64,000 bases of DNA from positions 48,794,001 through 48,858,000 of the forward strand of contig NW_025963779.1 in NCBI RefSeq assembly GCF_023055435.1. The letters are read 5' to 3'. The notes under the pieces are model-generated. The model made no database searches and was not told the DNA's origin. It saw only the letters and a list, made by a program, of their open reading frames with translations. This stretch comes from Haliotis rufescens. Taxonomy: Eukaryota. This document shows positions 12,924 to 25,877 of this stretch, one piece after another. How positions within the stretch are numbered: the stretch's first letter is position 1; every line of letters begins with the position of its first letter. The translations under genes and the position numbers were made by a program.

Positions 12924-13875
12924 GAGGAGGGAATATTGAAGCTATTATAACATGATGTTTCAGCACTACCGAGGAGGGAATATTGAAGATATCATAACAT
13001 GATGTTTGAGCCATACCGAGGAGGGAATATTGACGCTATTATAACATGATGTTTGAGCCATATCGAGGAGGGAATATTGCAGGTATGATAACATGATGTT
13101 TGAGCCATACCGAGGAGGGAATATTGACGCTATTACAACATGATGTTTGAGCCATACCGAGGAGGGAATATTGCAGGTATGATAACATGATGTTTGAGCA
13201 CTACTGAGGAGGGAATATTGAAGGTATGATAACATGATGTTTGAGCCATACCGAGGAGGGAATATTGAAGCTTGATAACATGATGTTTGAGCCATACCGA
13301 GGAGGCAATATTGAAGATATGATAACATGATGTTTCAGCACTACCGAGGAGGGAATATTAAAGCTATGATAACATGATGTTTCAGCCATACCCAGTGGGG
13401 AATATTGAAGCAATTATATCATGAATTGTTAGCCATACCGAGGAGGGAATATTGAAGCTATTTTAACATGATGTTGAGCCATACCGAGGAGGCAATATTG
13501 AAGCTATCATCACATGATGTTGAGCCATACCGAGGAGGGAATATTGAAGCTATCATCACATGATGTTGAGCCATACCGAGGAGGGAATATTGAAGCTATC
13601 ATCACATGATGTTGAGCCATACCGAGGAGGGAATATTGAAGCTATCATCACATGATGTTGAGCCATACCGAGGAGAGAATATTGAAGCTATCATCACATG
13701 ATGTTGAGCCATACCGAGGAGGGAATATTGAAGCTATCATCACATGATGTTGAGCCATACCGAGGAGGGAATATTGAAGCTATCATAACTTGATGTTTGA
13801 GCCATACCGAGGAGGCAATTTTGAAGCTATCATAACTTGATGTTTGAGCCATATCGAGGAGGCAATATTGAAGCT
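12924..13875. repeat. 46-47-bp minisatellite, about 20 copies
   Basis: Unit ccataccgaggagggaatattgaagctatcatcacatgatgttgag with variants. Confidence 0.95.
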
Positions 13876-14279
13876 TCAGCGCATGGAGAACACACACACG
13901 TACAACATCCAGCAGTGGGAGATAACACGCTGAACAAATTGAGATGCCATGATGATGTACAAAAAAGACATCGAGATAAAGAACACCACTACACAAGAAT
14001 AGACAATTTTGTGATAAAGCATATTTATTTTTGAATGTATATTATACATATATATCAATAATTATATAACTTATATCAAAGCATGAAAGAGTACATTTAC
14101 AATTCAAGTCACTTGTGATATATGCATAGACATCAGTCGTTGCTGTGTCAACCAAGTTTATGTATAATATAATTATATAGTGGCGTACCTGTACGCCTTT
14201 TACATCAATGACAAGCAATTTGATAGCACTATTATCGATGCTTTTGATCCTGAGATGATATGATTGTCAGCCAAGGCCT

Positions 14280-15386
14280 TCATTTGGACATACCATATGA
14301 ATACATAGGCTGTGAAGCTCCTGTGAATGACTGACACAACTGAGGATAGGAATAATTATATAAATTTTGGATAGCACTCGAGCTCGGTGATGACACTTGT
14401 GGCATATATGTCCCAGCTAGAGGCGAGCTTCCCGACTGGGCAGACAGCATATGTGGCATGTAAGGTCCTGGTGGAGAGCTGGAGAGAGGGGAGCCGGTCA
14501 GAGAGCTGTTGATGCTACTGGCGTTGTAGTAGCCGGCTGTAGGAGAGTAGACGCTAGGAGATCCCAAAGTCCAGGTACTGGGGTCAGACGTGCCTGCTGT
14601 GTTGGGTGTGTGTGTCTGGGTCAGTCTCTGGGGTAAGGGGGTAAGATTCAGGTTGAAACCTTGGTAGGGGGATGGGCCCCCGTAAAGACCAAACTGTCCG
14701 TATGATGTGAACCGTTGAATCAGTGCGTCGTCTTGTCGCTGTTTGTGTCCTGACTTGAAACGTTTAGAACGACGGAGGAAACTGCCGTTACCGAACATGT
14801 CCCCACAAGAAGGATGCAGAGCCCACAGGTTACCCTTGCCTGGTTTCCCCGGGGGTCGGGGCACCTTGACGAAACAGTCATTGAGGGAGAGGTTGTGTCT
14901 GATGGAGTTTTGCCATCTTCGTTGGTTGTCTTGGTAGTAAGGGAATCTCTTGACGATGTAGTTGTAGATGTCGTTGAGAGTCATCATGCCTGTTGTGGAA
15001 CTCTCGACGGCCATGGTGATGAGAGCCACATAGGAATAGGGAGGCTTCTTGTTGGAAAACTGCCTGCTTTGTTTTGAGAGAGTTGATCTTCCTGAGACAG
15101 TGTCAATGAGTAGTTCGTTATTGCTGTCCTTATCTGTACACGGTGACGATGATGGTGAAGGCAGAGGGTCGTTATCGAGCAATTCTGCCTGTTGTCGCTC
15201 TGTTTCTCCGAGGAACATGTCATCTATTCTGTTCGGCGTTCCTGGGGGCGCAGTTGTCTCCCTTGTGAGTGCCACTCTTGTAAATGTTTGAGGCAACATG
15301 TACGACGGCAACACTGGTGTCTCACCCTGCATCACAGCATCCCCAGCCACGTTGCCATACGGAGATACACTAGTATGATTCAACAT
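14280..15386 (-). CDS. foxAB: FoxAB-like copy 2 (368 aa from first ATG)
   Basis: Same forkhead domain. The ORF-track start at 15476 is a TTG upstream of the TATA box. ATG 15386 gives [19 protein letters not shown], homologous to copy 1 [25 protein letters not shown] at 14024-14029 (minus). Confidence 0.9.
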   Translation of the reverse strand: MLNHTSVSPYGNVAGDAVMQGETPVLPSYMLPQTFTRVALTRETTAPPGTPNRIDDMFLGETERQQAELLDNDPLPSPSSSPCTDKDSNNELLIDTVSGRSTLSKQSRQFSNKKPPYSYVALITMAVESSTTGMMTLNDIYNYIVKRFPYYQDNQRRWQNSIRHNLSLNDCFVKVPRPPGKPGKGNLWALHPSCGDMFGNGSFLRRSKRFKSGHKQRQDDALIQRFTSYGQFGLYGGPSPYQGFNLNLTPLPQRLTQTHTPNTAGTSDPSTWTLGSPSVYSPTAGYYNASSINSSLTGSPLSSSPPGPYMPHMLSAQSGSSPLAGTYMPQVSSPSSSAIQNLYNYSYPQLCQSFTGASQPMYSYGMSK

Positions 15387-15461
15387 TGCGTAAGTGACGG
15401 TTCTGCAGCGGTTTAACTGAGAAGGTACAGGAATGTATACCGTCGTTACTCCATCCCTAGG

Positions 15462-15624
15462 TTTATATCGCCGCAAAGATTATCCCCTCAATACAGATAG
15501 CTTTGTCTTTTGATTAGTCAGCCATTGTTGGGTAATTTGGAATGGGTAACGTTCACAAGAAGGCGTGATATCTTTAATTGGCCGTTCATTCCTATTGGCT
15601 ACCAGATCTGAAGCTCCGCCCACC
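15462..15624 (-). promoter_or_regulatory. Putative promoter of Fox copy 2
   Basis: ATATAAA (minus) about 77 bp upstream of ATG 15386. CCAAT boxes at about 15577 and 15594 (ctattggctac) are followed by GC box ccgccc, the same arrangement as copy 1. Confidence 0.55.
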
Positions 15625-16898
15625 ATTGTTCATACCATTAAACCACTCCTGCTTGGGAAGCGCTTTTAAATAGATCGTTTAATCCAATTTGATTTCCAAA
15701 TTTTTTTATGCATATCAAAGTCGATTTTTGTCTGTAAAATTATTGTAAAATAAAAAAAATACGATCAGGAACGCGGGTAATTACATGCACACTTAAAGAC
15801 ATAGTATATTTAAATCGTGGAACAAGAGCAGTTCTACTGATGTTAGTGATGTAATAAGTTACTACATGTATGGTCAGTGTAATGTACATATGAAGCATGT
15901 GCTATATAAAGACAGCGTACTCCCAGGCTATCACATCAGGGTATCAAATCAAGTCGTACATAAAAACGACAAAACCCTTTTCATTTTCGCAATATATCTC
16001 TGGTAAAAACAGAGAAGCTTGTACGGTTCCGACTATATCATGAGCATATGTTTGGGAAACTCCATCACCATAAAACGTTTTGAAAGCTTTACTGATACCT
16101 TAAACGTTGTAACTTTGATCAAACAACTTTTGAGTCGTAAGACGCTCTTTGAAATCTTCATACAAAGATCATGTTCGATTGTACCTAAGTGTTGTGTATT
16201 GTAGAGACCAAAGGCTGGAGCTGCCGGAATATTACTCGAACAGAAAGGAAAGGTTGACTTTTGGAACGTTGAAGTCATTCATCTTGTCACTCTGACACAT
16301 ACAAAAACATACTTTTGTCAGTAGGAATTGTACACGATTCTTCTTGTGAAAACTATGAAAAACGTGTAGAAAATACCAACGGTTACATATGTTAGTAGGG
16401 GTATGTGTGGACTTTACGAGCAAAATAGAACAAAGAATTTACAAAGCATATTTGACTGGAAATAACATATTACAAAAGAATGGATCAAACGGGGACATTT
16501 AGTGAATTTAGTGCCAACTGACTGCTGGTAAATTCCCCTCCACAAACAAGTAGCTGCTGATAACTGTGGTTCACTGACAACGAATTGCCATTATTATGCA
16601 AAAATAAAATGCTTCGGTAAATATTCCAAGCACGTTAAAGCCATTTCCACCACATTTCAATCCAAGTTCTACCCTACGTGTATAAGCATAAGAATCGTCC
16701 AAAGATAAGATTTTAATTTCAAGATATTGTTGAACCTATTGTTCATTTCAGTGTACATTACATACGTTAAATTCGGAAATTGTTTATAATATTAGATCTT
16801 TCATAGATGCATGCAATTCTACAAAATACAGTTACTGATTAGCTGAAGGTGTATCTATCAGTTCCAGTTAAATTGTTCTGACTATCATGCACAAATAG

Positions 16899-17284
16899 GT
16901 GAGGTGCGATGAAATTGNNNNNNNNNNNNNNNNNNNNNNNNNNNNNNNNNNNNNNNNNNNNNNNNNNNNNNNNNNNNNNNNNNNNNNNNNNNNNNNNNNN
17001 NNNNNNNNNNNNNNNNNNNNNNNNNNNNNNNNNNNNNNNNNNNNNNNNNNNNNNNNNNNNNNNNNNNNNNNNNNATGCCGATTTATAGTGCTAGCTCACT
17101 GAGATACCATGCCGCAGTTTAACATGAAAACACCACTCTGACAGTATACTGACTCTGAGCCGACCAGTCCTTGTTTTAGCCCCTTAATGCCGAGCCTCTG
17201 GCAGGGTAACAACGAGTACCATCTTTTAACGTCTTTCCGTATGACGCGGCCGAACGCTCTACCACAAGACCACGGAGGCGGTCC
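16899..17284 (-). mobile_element. SINE family B spanning an assembly gap
   Basis: Tail start (gtgaggtg) lies before the gap and body/head after it; TSD tgcacaaatag at 16888-16898 and 17285-17295. Confidence 0.85.
16918..17074. other. Assembly gap (N)
   Basis: Run of N. Confidence 1.
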
Positions 17285-18471
17285 TGCACAAATAGAGACG
17301 AGTCACTCTTAAAAGGCGTACTTGATATTAAGATCACAATAACACATGAATGACATCAGGTTTGGTGTACAGCAGATATGACGTGCGGCCAGAACTGTGA
17401 TATACCATGTGCTATATGTTATTACCCGTTCATGACACAGCGTACATCCGGGTAACTACATGGCCATGACTGTGGGTGTCATTGAAGGAACCATTGGAAC
17501 AATGCATGTAACACTTTCGTAATGAGATCCCTGCTCCTCCACTGATTGTGATCTGACTGGAAGATGTACATCACACCCTAATCAAAACCCTTACCCACTG
17601 GCTACGGCGTACCCCCAGGACCCTCAACCCCCTGGGGATGATTGACCAATATGTCACTCACGGATCAGCTTTGTTAAACATGTCAGTTTTAACTACTAGA
17701 ATCAATATTAACTATCCCACACTGACTACTGAAAGGTGCACAATAAAGTCGAAAATTGGTGTTCGATATTTGCTAGCAATTCAAAAGGATGGCAATACTA
17801 ACAGGAACTATACCTAAAAAAACACAGACTGGAGTATACCACCATTCACGGTAAGACAAGAGCAATCAATTAAGTCATTATCCTTATATATTTGCATGGA
17901 AAGTATATGCACGTGACCGACTATGAAATTGAAATTGGATGTACTCTTAACACGTATACTTTTATTTCACTTCAAAAATGTGCGAATGTGGGTATATATG
18001 ACACGAGCAATTGTTACTGGTTTACCTTTTTGGCTTGATAAACGAGCTATTGGTATCACAACAAATCAGCACCCAACTGTTGTTGGTATCGATGATCATA
18101 GAAGCAACATTCAATCTGTGTCAGTTAAGCTGAAGATTGTTCCTGTTGTGATCTTTAGAGATGGCGTGTTCTACACTAACAAATCAAAATAGATAGTATG
18201 CAAGCGAATTTCAGTCCGATTCCAAACAGCGAAATACAATTTAACAAGACCGGAATGATTGTTGCTCAGGCTGTTACCAAAGTTTACCGGTGGTATTTGA
18301 CAACATGGCAAACACGCGTGATCCAGCATGCCGTGCCACCACCTTGTGAATGTGGTTCTCCGTAACCATTGGGCTTTTCTCAATACATACTATTTCTCAG
18401 AGCATCATGGAGTTATAAACTTAAACGACTTTAAAATGGGTACATTATTGTGTAGTATCATTGTGAATAAA

Positions 18472-18630
18472 TGAGTGGGTGAGTAAGCATGCGTTTACGC
18501 CGCTTTTGAGCAATTCTCCTGCAATATGACAGCGGTGGACACCCGAAATGGGATTTCACATTGTACCCATGTCGGGAATCGAACCTGGGCCTTTGGGGTG
18601 ACGAGCGAACTCTTTAACCACTAGGCTACA
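18472..18630 (-). mobile_element. SINE family A, diverged
   Basis: Aligns to 8606-8776 with multiple substitutions. Confidence 0.85.
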
Positions 18631-19940
18631 TGTGCATATGTGCTTCCGTTAACTAGTTTCTAGACTGCATCATCGTTGTGGATGTCTCCCCCTACTCTTC
18701 ATCTTCCACAATACCAGGCAGTCTTTCAGACTATTTGACAATACCAATACCGTTTCCAAAGTTTTACACAGGTAACGAGATTCGATCACCTAAACTAGAT
18801 CTATCCGGACCACAATGCAAGTGTAGCTGTCTTCAGACAGCGATTAGTAGTTGGATTTGTGGATAAAGATAATGTTCGTAAGTCTCTCCTCATTTAATTC
18901 ACCATTTGTTCCTGGCCCGCGCTTCGTTGTGGCCCTTTGATGTCTGCCGACACGGGCCGGCGACTTACCAGTTACAACCCGCTCACGTCTTAGGTTACTG
19001 GGTTACGGTTATTATGGTGACAGTGGTCCACTCGCCTTCAAACATAGTATATTATATCCAATTTGCAAATAAATAGAATTAAATTTCGCAAAGCATTGTC
19101 CTAATGCCATCCTATTCTGTAACCCATGGGCCAGAAACAACAGATCAACTTGAAGGATATTTCCCAGTATATTCTGCCTAAAGAGAGTTGTAAAGAAGGA
19201 ATGATAATAGTAGTCCTTATTCAAATTAATTCTTTTATCACGTTAATCGTGTTTTCTTCTTCTGGCGAGTGTTGAGCAGCGTTGTAGTGCGTTATTGGTG
19301 TTTGAAAGTTCTTTCCGTGCGCATGGACCTGCCAAGTCATGAAATTGACATTTTCATGATGACTATTTAATCCTTTCATGATACCTCTAAATATGAAAAA
19401 TATAGTTGAAATTAGTGAAAAGTTCACAAGGTTTTAATGATGATGCGTTGGCGCTTTATATTTACCAGAAACGTTCACACCTGACTTTGATGTCAGTGGA
19501 CGGAGAACAAACATGAAGCCGTCTCCCGAGGACTGCACCTGTGATATGTCGCTGATTTAAAGTGCGTCGTTAACTGTCTTAGTGGATACTTGATTCTGTA
19601 CCAACTAGCTATCCGATAACAGCATTAATTTCTTTTTTTAGGTAACCCCCTCAACATTCATGTTATACAATACAGTGTCATCAAACATATATAATATAAA
19701 AACACCCTCATGACTTCTGAGAGACCTTTGTCCTCTCCGACAGGCATAATTGAATAGCATCCTTTATTTGAAAAATACTGTTTCTCGTGTTTCCTTTGGC
19801 ACAGTTTACTGCGACTGCGTATCTTACAGAAACACAAACGCAGCATGGACTCGTTATGTCAGTTGTTGGAACACAGCATACCTTTTCGAGAGTATCCACC
19901 ACCACAGAATCATTTTTCACTCTCAGTTGTACTTCAGTTA

Positions 19941-20036
19941 CTGTTTGTTTGTTTGTCGCCTTTTACGACAAGCATAGTGGCCTTTTACGGCAAGGGTGGG
20001 TTGCTGAAGACCTATTCTAAAACGGACCTTCACGGG
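19941..20036 (-). mobile_element. Family C, internally deleted copy
   Basis: gtcgccttttacgacaagcatag...gggttgctgaagacctattcta...cttcacggg joined directly to (gttt)n. Confidence 0.7.
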
Positions 20037-21026
20037 ATAGTTACTTTATAATCTAATAGTGTTTGCCAAAATATGTAGACCGTTTAAGGTTAATAAAGTT
20101 GTCAGTAGTGAATATCATTTATGATCATTAAACTAAAGTATTTGTTCATGACATAAGCCTAGGACATAAAAACATGTATGTCATACCCCAGTGACGTAAG
20201 TATGCAAATTAGATAACGGGAAACAGCACTTTTTCACTGGTGTGCGTGATCTGGTTATTCAGGGAACAACACGGATTCCTTTGGTCACGTCGATGTTGGA
20301 AACAGCCTTTGATAGATGACAGGGGGTGACACTGTTGTCTGCTCTTGAAGGTTACCGGGTGGTTACAGACTGATGGTCACAGATACAGACTGTAAATAAC
20401 ATCCCCATGACCATTTTCTTGGCGAATGATGAAGAGCTGTTTATACCGTCACACACTCTACATACCAATGCTTTATCGGAAGTCGTACTGAGAAAGTCAA
20501 ACCATCCACCAAAATGTGTAAAAATGTGTAAAGCAGGCAGGGTCCAGACGTCAGATGGACTGACAAATCACTTTGCCGCGTACACACCTTGTCCAAAGGT
20601 TGAATGACAAAAATGTTCCACCCAATCAAAACTCTCAGGTAACTGATTACAAGAACAACCATTCTGTGAATCATAACTCTCACATAAATCCTGATAACTA
20701 CCATCAATTTTCCAAAATAATTTCAGGAAGCATTCCATCAAACACACTGAGCACAGAAACATCCCAGCTTGATTTGTTCCTGGAACCCCCCTGTCGCATA
20801 ACAGCGTCCCGTGCATACGTCATGTTCAAATCGCCAGGAGACAACAATCAGCAATCTCAAATCATCTAGTTTTCTTTGTCTCGTCATGAGATGTTTGCTG
20901 GTTTTGTAACTTTCTGAAACTAAACCATTAATCATGTTATACCTCCAAGTCCAGTGCCAGTCAAACGGCGCCTACTTTTCGTTGAAAGCGACATGACATC
21001 GACTAAAATGTATTGTTGTCAGCTAT

Positions 21027-21058
<32 letters not shown>

Positions 21059-21740
21059 ACAAGTTAGAGCGTGGTTAGAATGACTAAAGTTGTGGAATTA
21101 CACCGCAGATATGATGAAATACAACAAAGTGCATCGTTATTGTTGTAATATATAAAGTTGCAAATATGCTGTAACATATCGTTCAATCAGGTTGGGGGTC
21201 CAGGAATACCAGAGAAGGTATATGGATATTAAGTTTGTTTCACGTTCCCAATAAATAAATATATCTGGATGCATAACATACCACAATTTCGAAATGAAAA
21301 TGATAAATAGAATTCACCATGAGTGGTTTTTAATATGGGAGAGGTACATGATGTCAATATAGGTTTCGCTCTTATGTCAAGCTGTGGTTTTCTGATCTCA
21401 CTGTAAGACTGTTCAAAACCCACTGACTCACTCACTGTGCAACTCTTTAAAATACATTATGTAAACGTAATGCAGCAATACATCAATATGCCATGATAAG
21501 AATGTGTCGTGTAGATTTGTTCCTGTCAAATGATTTTGCAATGCCAAATGCCCATGAACAAACCAGCAACTTTTAAAATTCTGGAAATAAATAGTTTATT
21601 CATAAATAAATGCTGTATGTGCCATTCAATATTACAAAGGCGTCATACGGAGAAGCATATAAATAGTCAATGTATAACAGTGAGATACATGTACAATGGT
21701 TATTGTTCAGAGCACTACTGAGCCCACTTCCAGTCTTTCG

Positions 21741-22868
21741 TCACTGATCATTTGCTAATGCTGTGCTGAGGCTTGGGTAAAGATGTCCTGTGTGCTGTCT
21801 GGGTGCGAAGTGCTGTTGTAGAGCCAGGTAAGTTGTGTGGGTGTGGTCCGACTGGGCACATGGCATCTGTGGTATGTAGACCACTTGGGGTCCTGATGGA
21901 GAGCTGGAGAGAGGGGAGCCGGTCAGAGAGCTGTTGACGCTGCTGGCGTTGTAGTAGCCAGCTGTTGGAGAGTAGACTGTTGGAGATCCCATTGTCCAGA
22001 TACTGGGGTCAGGCCTGTTTGCTGTGCTGTAGGGAAGTGTCTGGGTCAGTCCCTGGGGTAAGGGGCCAAGGTTTAGGGGGTTGAAACCTGGGTAGGGGGG
22101 CGGAACCCCGTAAAGACCAAACTGTCCGTTCGGACTGACCTGATAGAGAGTGGTGTCATCCTGGCGTTGTTTTTTAGCAGACTTGAAACGGTTAGAACGA
22201 CGGAGGAAACTGCCGTTACCGAACATGTCCCCACAAGATGGATGCAGAGCCCACAGGTTACCCTTGCCTGGTGTCCCCGGGGGTCGGGGCACCTTGACGA
22301 AACAGTCATTGAGGGAGAGGTTGTGTCTGATGGAGTTTTGCCATCTCCGTTGGTTGTCTTGGTAGTAAGGAAATCTCTTGACGATGTAGTTGTAGATGTC
22401 GTTGAGAGTCATCATGCCTGTTGTGGAACTCTCGACGGCCATGGTGATGAGGGCCACATAGGAATAGGGAGGCTTCTTGTTGGAAAACTGCCTGTTTTGT
22501 TGTGAGAGGGTCGACGTTCCTGACACACTGTCAAAGCTGAGATTGATATCATCGTCGTTGTCGGAGGATACTGAAGATGATGGTGATGGCAGGATGCTGT
22601 TGTCCTCGTGTACTGACAGGTTATATTGGTCACTGGGCAAAGTCTCCGTGTGTGTAGTATTCCATCCACTTTCTGTCACAGACGTATGCTGAGGCCTGTG
22701 TTTAACGTCCACGTCCCTTTGTACAGGTAGAGAATGTAAGGACGGGTGAGATACCGGCGTGAAGAGGGATGTCGAAGACGGCCACTGCTGCGTCAGACAG
22801 CGGGTGCTCTCGTCTCCATCACGGCACACCTGGAAGGGGTTTACACAAGGCATAACTGAACTCGTCAT
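21741..22868 (-). CDS. foxAB: FoxAB-like copy 3 (375 aa)
   Basis: Same forkhead domain with two private substitutions ([15 protein letters not shown]). ATG 22868, TATAAA at 22933-22938, AATAAA at 21595-21600 (minus). Confidence 0.9.
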   Translation of the reverse strand: MTSSVMPCVNPFQVCRDGDESTRCLTQQWPSSTSLFTPVSHPSLHSLPVQRDVDVKHRPQHTSVTESGWNTTHTETLPSDQYNLSVHEDNSILPSPSSSVSSDNDDDINLSFDSVSGTSTLSQQNRQFSNKKPPYSYVALITMAVESSTTGMMTLNDIYNYIVKRFPYYQDNQRRWQNSIRHNLSLNDCFVKVPRPPGTPGKGNLWALHPSCGDMFGNGSFLRRSNRFKSAKKQRQDDTTLYQVSPNGQFGLYGVPPPYPGFNPLNLGPLPQGLTQTLPYSTANRPDPSIWTMGSPTVYSPTAGYYNASSVNSSLTGSPLSSSPSGPQVVYIPQMPCAQSDHTHTTYLALQQHFAPRQHTGHLYPSLSTALANDQ

Positions 22869-24235
22869 ATTTACCCAAGGGAAGAACAGGATGCTTTAGT
22901 GTTATATGTCGATACTTTCCACATCCTGGGCATTTATACCAGAACAGATTCAGGTGTCTTTGGCGAACAAACTGGATAACAATACAAGTTACACATAGAA
23001 GAAGAAAAAGAGATTTGCGTTAATTAAATGTGTGCTGTCATTGGCCGATCATGCTATGCTGATCTGTCTGGTGTTGTTGTAGGTGTGGGGGCTGTTCAGC
23101 TGCACAGATCACCCGAGGACGTGCAATTGTACAATGTAAACACAGATTATCTGTGTTGACTTAAACATCTCATGCTCGTTAACATCTACTTATGTATGTA
23201 GGTTTAAACGATTGGCACAAAGAAAGCTAGAACCTCAGAAGTACTTTGCATGTCTTTACTACCTGATACTCAACATTCATATTACTAAACAGCAAAGAGT
23301 TTTAATATCAAAGTTATATTTCATTTTTAAAAATTCGACCCCACTGAGATTCACGACTAATAAGTTTTTTTTAACCAAGGCAGTTACTATACGGCGACAT
23401 AACAACAGTGTGTCTAAACAACATGGTGACTTAACAACGAGGTGAGAGGACATGAATGAAGCTTGCTGTCTCCCACTTGTAGGCATTAACATGGGCTTGG
23501 CGGCTTCTTTGATGTCGTCAAACGACTAACGAGATCAAATCAGCGCTGGATTAGGATTAACGGAATCCGTGACTTGATAGCCTAATTGTAATTTAATTAG
23601 AACGAGATTATCACTTTAATTCATGAAAGAGAAAATATTGATCCATATTCTGTTTGCTTACGCGTTCTAATGCACCATTGTCGGAACGTTTGTACCAGTG
23701 ACCTCGTCCCAGAAAACCTCCACAAGCCTCCAACCCCGGTCCCCGCCGGATCAACGTAGGCGGGGTAGCAACTGTCTTACTGCACGAGGTGGCGACAGTA
23801 GCGGACTGACTGCACGCGTCAAGCGTTATAATCCTATTTTGCAGGGAGCCAAAAGTATTTTATTTACCGATTAAACATTTTGAATATTGACAGGAAGCTA
23901 AATTCATTTTAATGGAAATTTCACAAAGCAGATCGTTATGGAAAGTGAATGCAGGTGTCTGTCACATTAGACAAAGACAAATATAAAGAACTGACTTTTA
24001 AACTTGTCATAATGTCTAAACCAACAAAAACCAACGATTTCGTCATGTACCGGTACTAAAGGCTTATTCTAAAACGTTTGTTAATATCAAACAACGTTCA
24101 TGGTCAATATTAACCTGATATATTGCCCTGCATTAACGTTGGGGTTTTAGTTGAATATATTGGAATATTAAGGCTTTTAACCACCTTAAAAAAATATTTA
24201 ATTGTTGGTATGCGGCAGTGGTGATATTCCTTGTA

Positions 24236-24730
24236 GGTGTTGACTTGGCATATACTAAGTTGAAACTGTCACGTACACACACCGTTACTTCCCTAGATTT
24301 GTTGGCCTGGTATATACCAAGTTGAAACTGTCACGTACACACACCGCTACATCCCTGGATATGTTGACCTGGCACATACTAAGTTGAAACTGTCACATAC
24401 ACACACCGCTACTTCCCTGGATATGTTGACCTGGCACATACTAAGTTGAAACTGTCACATACACACACCGCTACTTCCCTGGATATGTTGACCTGGCATA
24501 TACTAAGTTGAAACTGTCACGTACACACACCGCTACATCCCTGGATATGTTGACCTGGCACATACTAAGTTGAAACTGTCACATACACACACCGCTACTT
24601 CCCTGGATATGTTGACCTGGCACATACTAAGTTGAAACTGTCACATACACACACCGCTACTTCCCTGGATATGTTGACCTGGCATATACTAAGTTGAAAC
24701 TGTCCAGATTTTAAGTTGAAGCTGTCACAT
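24236..24730. repeat. 62-bp minisatellite, about 7.5 copies
   Basis: Unit atgttgacctggcacatactaagttgaaactgtcacatacacacaccgctacttccctggat. Confidence 0.95.
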
Positions 24731-25877
24731 ATCTTGAACATTTCAAAACCGTTATCATGGGCCAACAGCGGTCAAGACAATTATGATGATGAGTTAAATT
24801 TATCATAATATATGTCATATTTCATAATATATTTAGAAATTATATACGACCCAGGTTTTCAAGTAAAGTTGCTGTAATGTATACCGTTATATATTGTGTT
24901 TGTTCGTGTACCGGTACTATAGTTGATACATGCGATGTTGGTTTGGCACTGGTCACATTACCGATCTGATGGACATGTGGTGTTTCACATGGGAGTCGAG
25001 TGTGGAGTGTTTCCCTTTCATTTGATGTCACGGAGGAAAAATACATTATACGAATATAAACGAAATATAAACAGTTTAGCTAGACTTAACAGACACGTAA
25101 AGATTAACCTGAATTGGAGCTTTGTCGAGGACCCTGGAAAACGAAAATGGGATAAGAAATATATAATTTTGTTCCCACGAATCATTAGCTCGTTCCATCA
25201 AATATCACGTTATAATATCATACATGTAAGTTAGTGAACCGGTTTCCAATATTTGCTATTCATTGGTCACGGATGTATTTTGAACTAAATAGTGTTAACG
25301 ACAGGGGGTAAAGATGTATTTGAAATACAGACTGTTCCACAAATAAATCACCTTGGTAAAAGATTGATGGCGATTGTCAGTTTCAAAATATGCCAGGGAA
25401 AGCGACAATGCATCTGCACAGAGGCCTGAACATATATAGCAGATTAACGCCATCACTGTACACGTGTTTACTCCATTATCAAGTGTTATAACAAAATTCT
25501 ATTATCTAAAAATATAGGCAAATCATAGACCATTAAGTTAAGTTGTCAGAAGTGATGTAGAGTTACAGGTGGCGTTCCCAATATTGAAATCATTTGGTGG
25601 GGGATTGTCATAGCACAGATGAGGCTTTACGACTTACGAAATACTGCTGTTGAAAATTGTATACAAGAAACACATACAAATCACTATAATAATTGTATTT
25701 TATTATATTAGCCATTTATAACATATGTACAGGATCACATATATTCGTTTGTGATGAAGTTGCTGAATGCCACACGGCAATTGGATCAGCGATGTTAATG
25801 GTTAATATTATAGCACTTTTTTATGCAAGTGGGGTACAAAAACGTATTCAATGTCGATGATCAAAAAGTACAGATTG

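Noticed and set aside
12924-13875. CRISPR-like arrays (also 24236, 36045, 46455)
   Set aside because: These are contiguous tandem units without unique spacers, in a eukaryotic context with no cas genes.
15387-15476. N-terminal extensions from TTG/GTG starts in the ORF track (also 26994-27023 and 51991-52005)
   Set aside because: These are non-ATG starts in a eukaryote. The copy 2 extension overlaps its TATA box, and the downstream ATGs fit paralog homology, TATA spacing or the signal peptide.
20407-20869. Adjacent ORFs including an Asn-rich 98-aa frame between copies 2 and 3
   Set aside because: No recognisable domain, start context or splice structure.
25720-25732. Pumilio element TGTACATA in the copy 4 3' UTR
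   Set aside because: The other copies have only non-canonical variants, and a match is expected by chance in AT-rich DNA.
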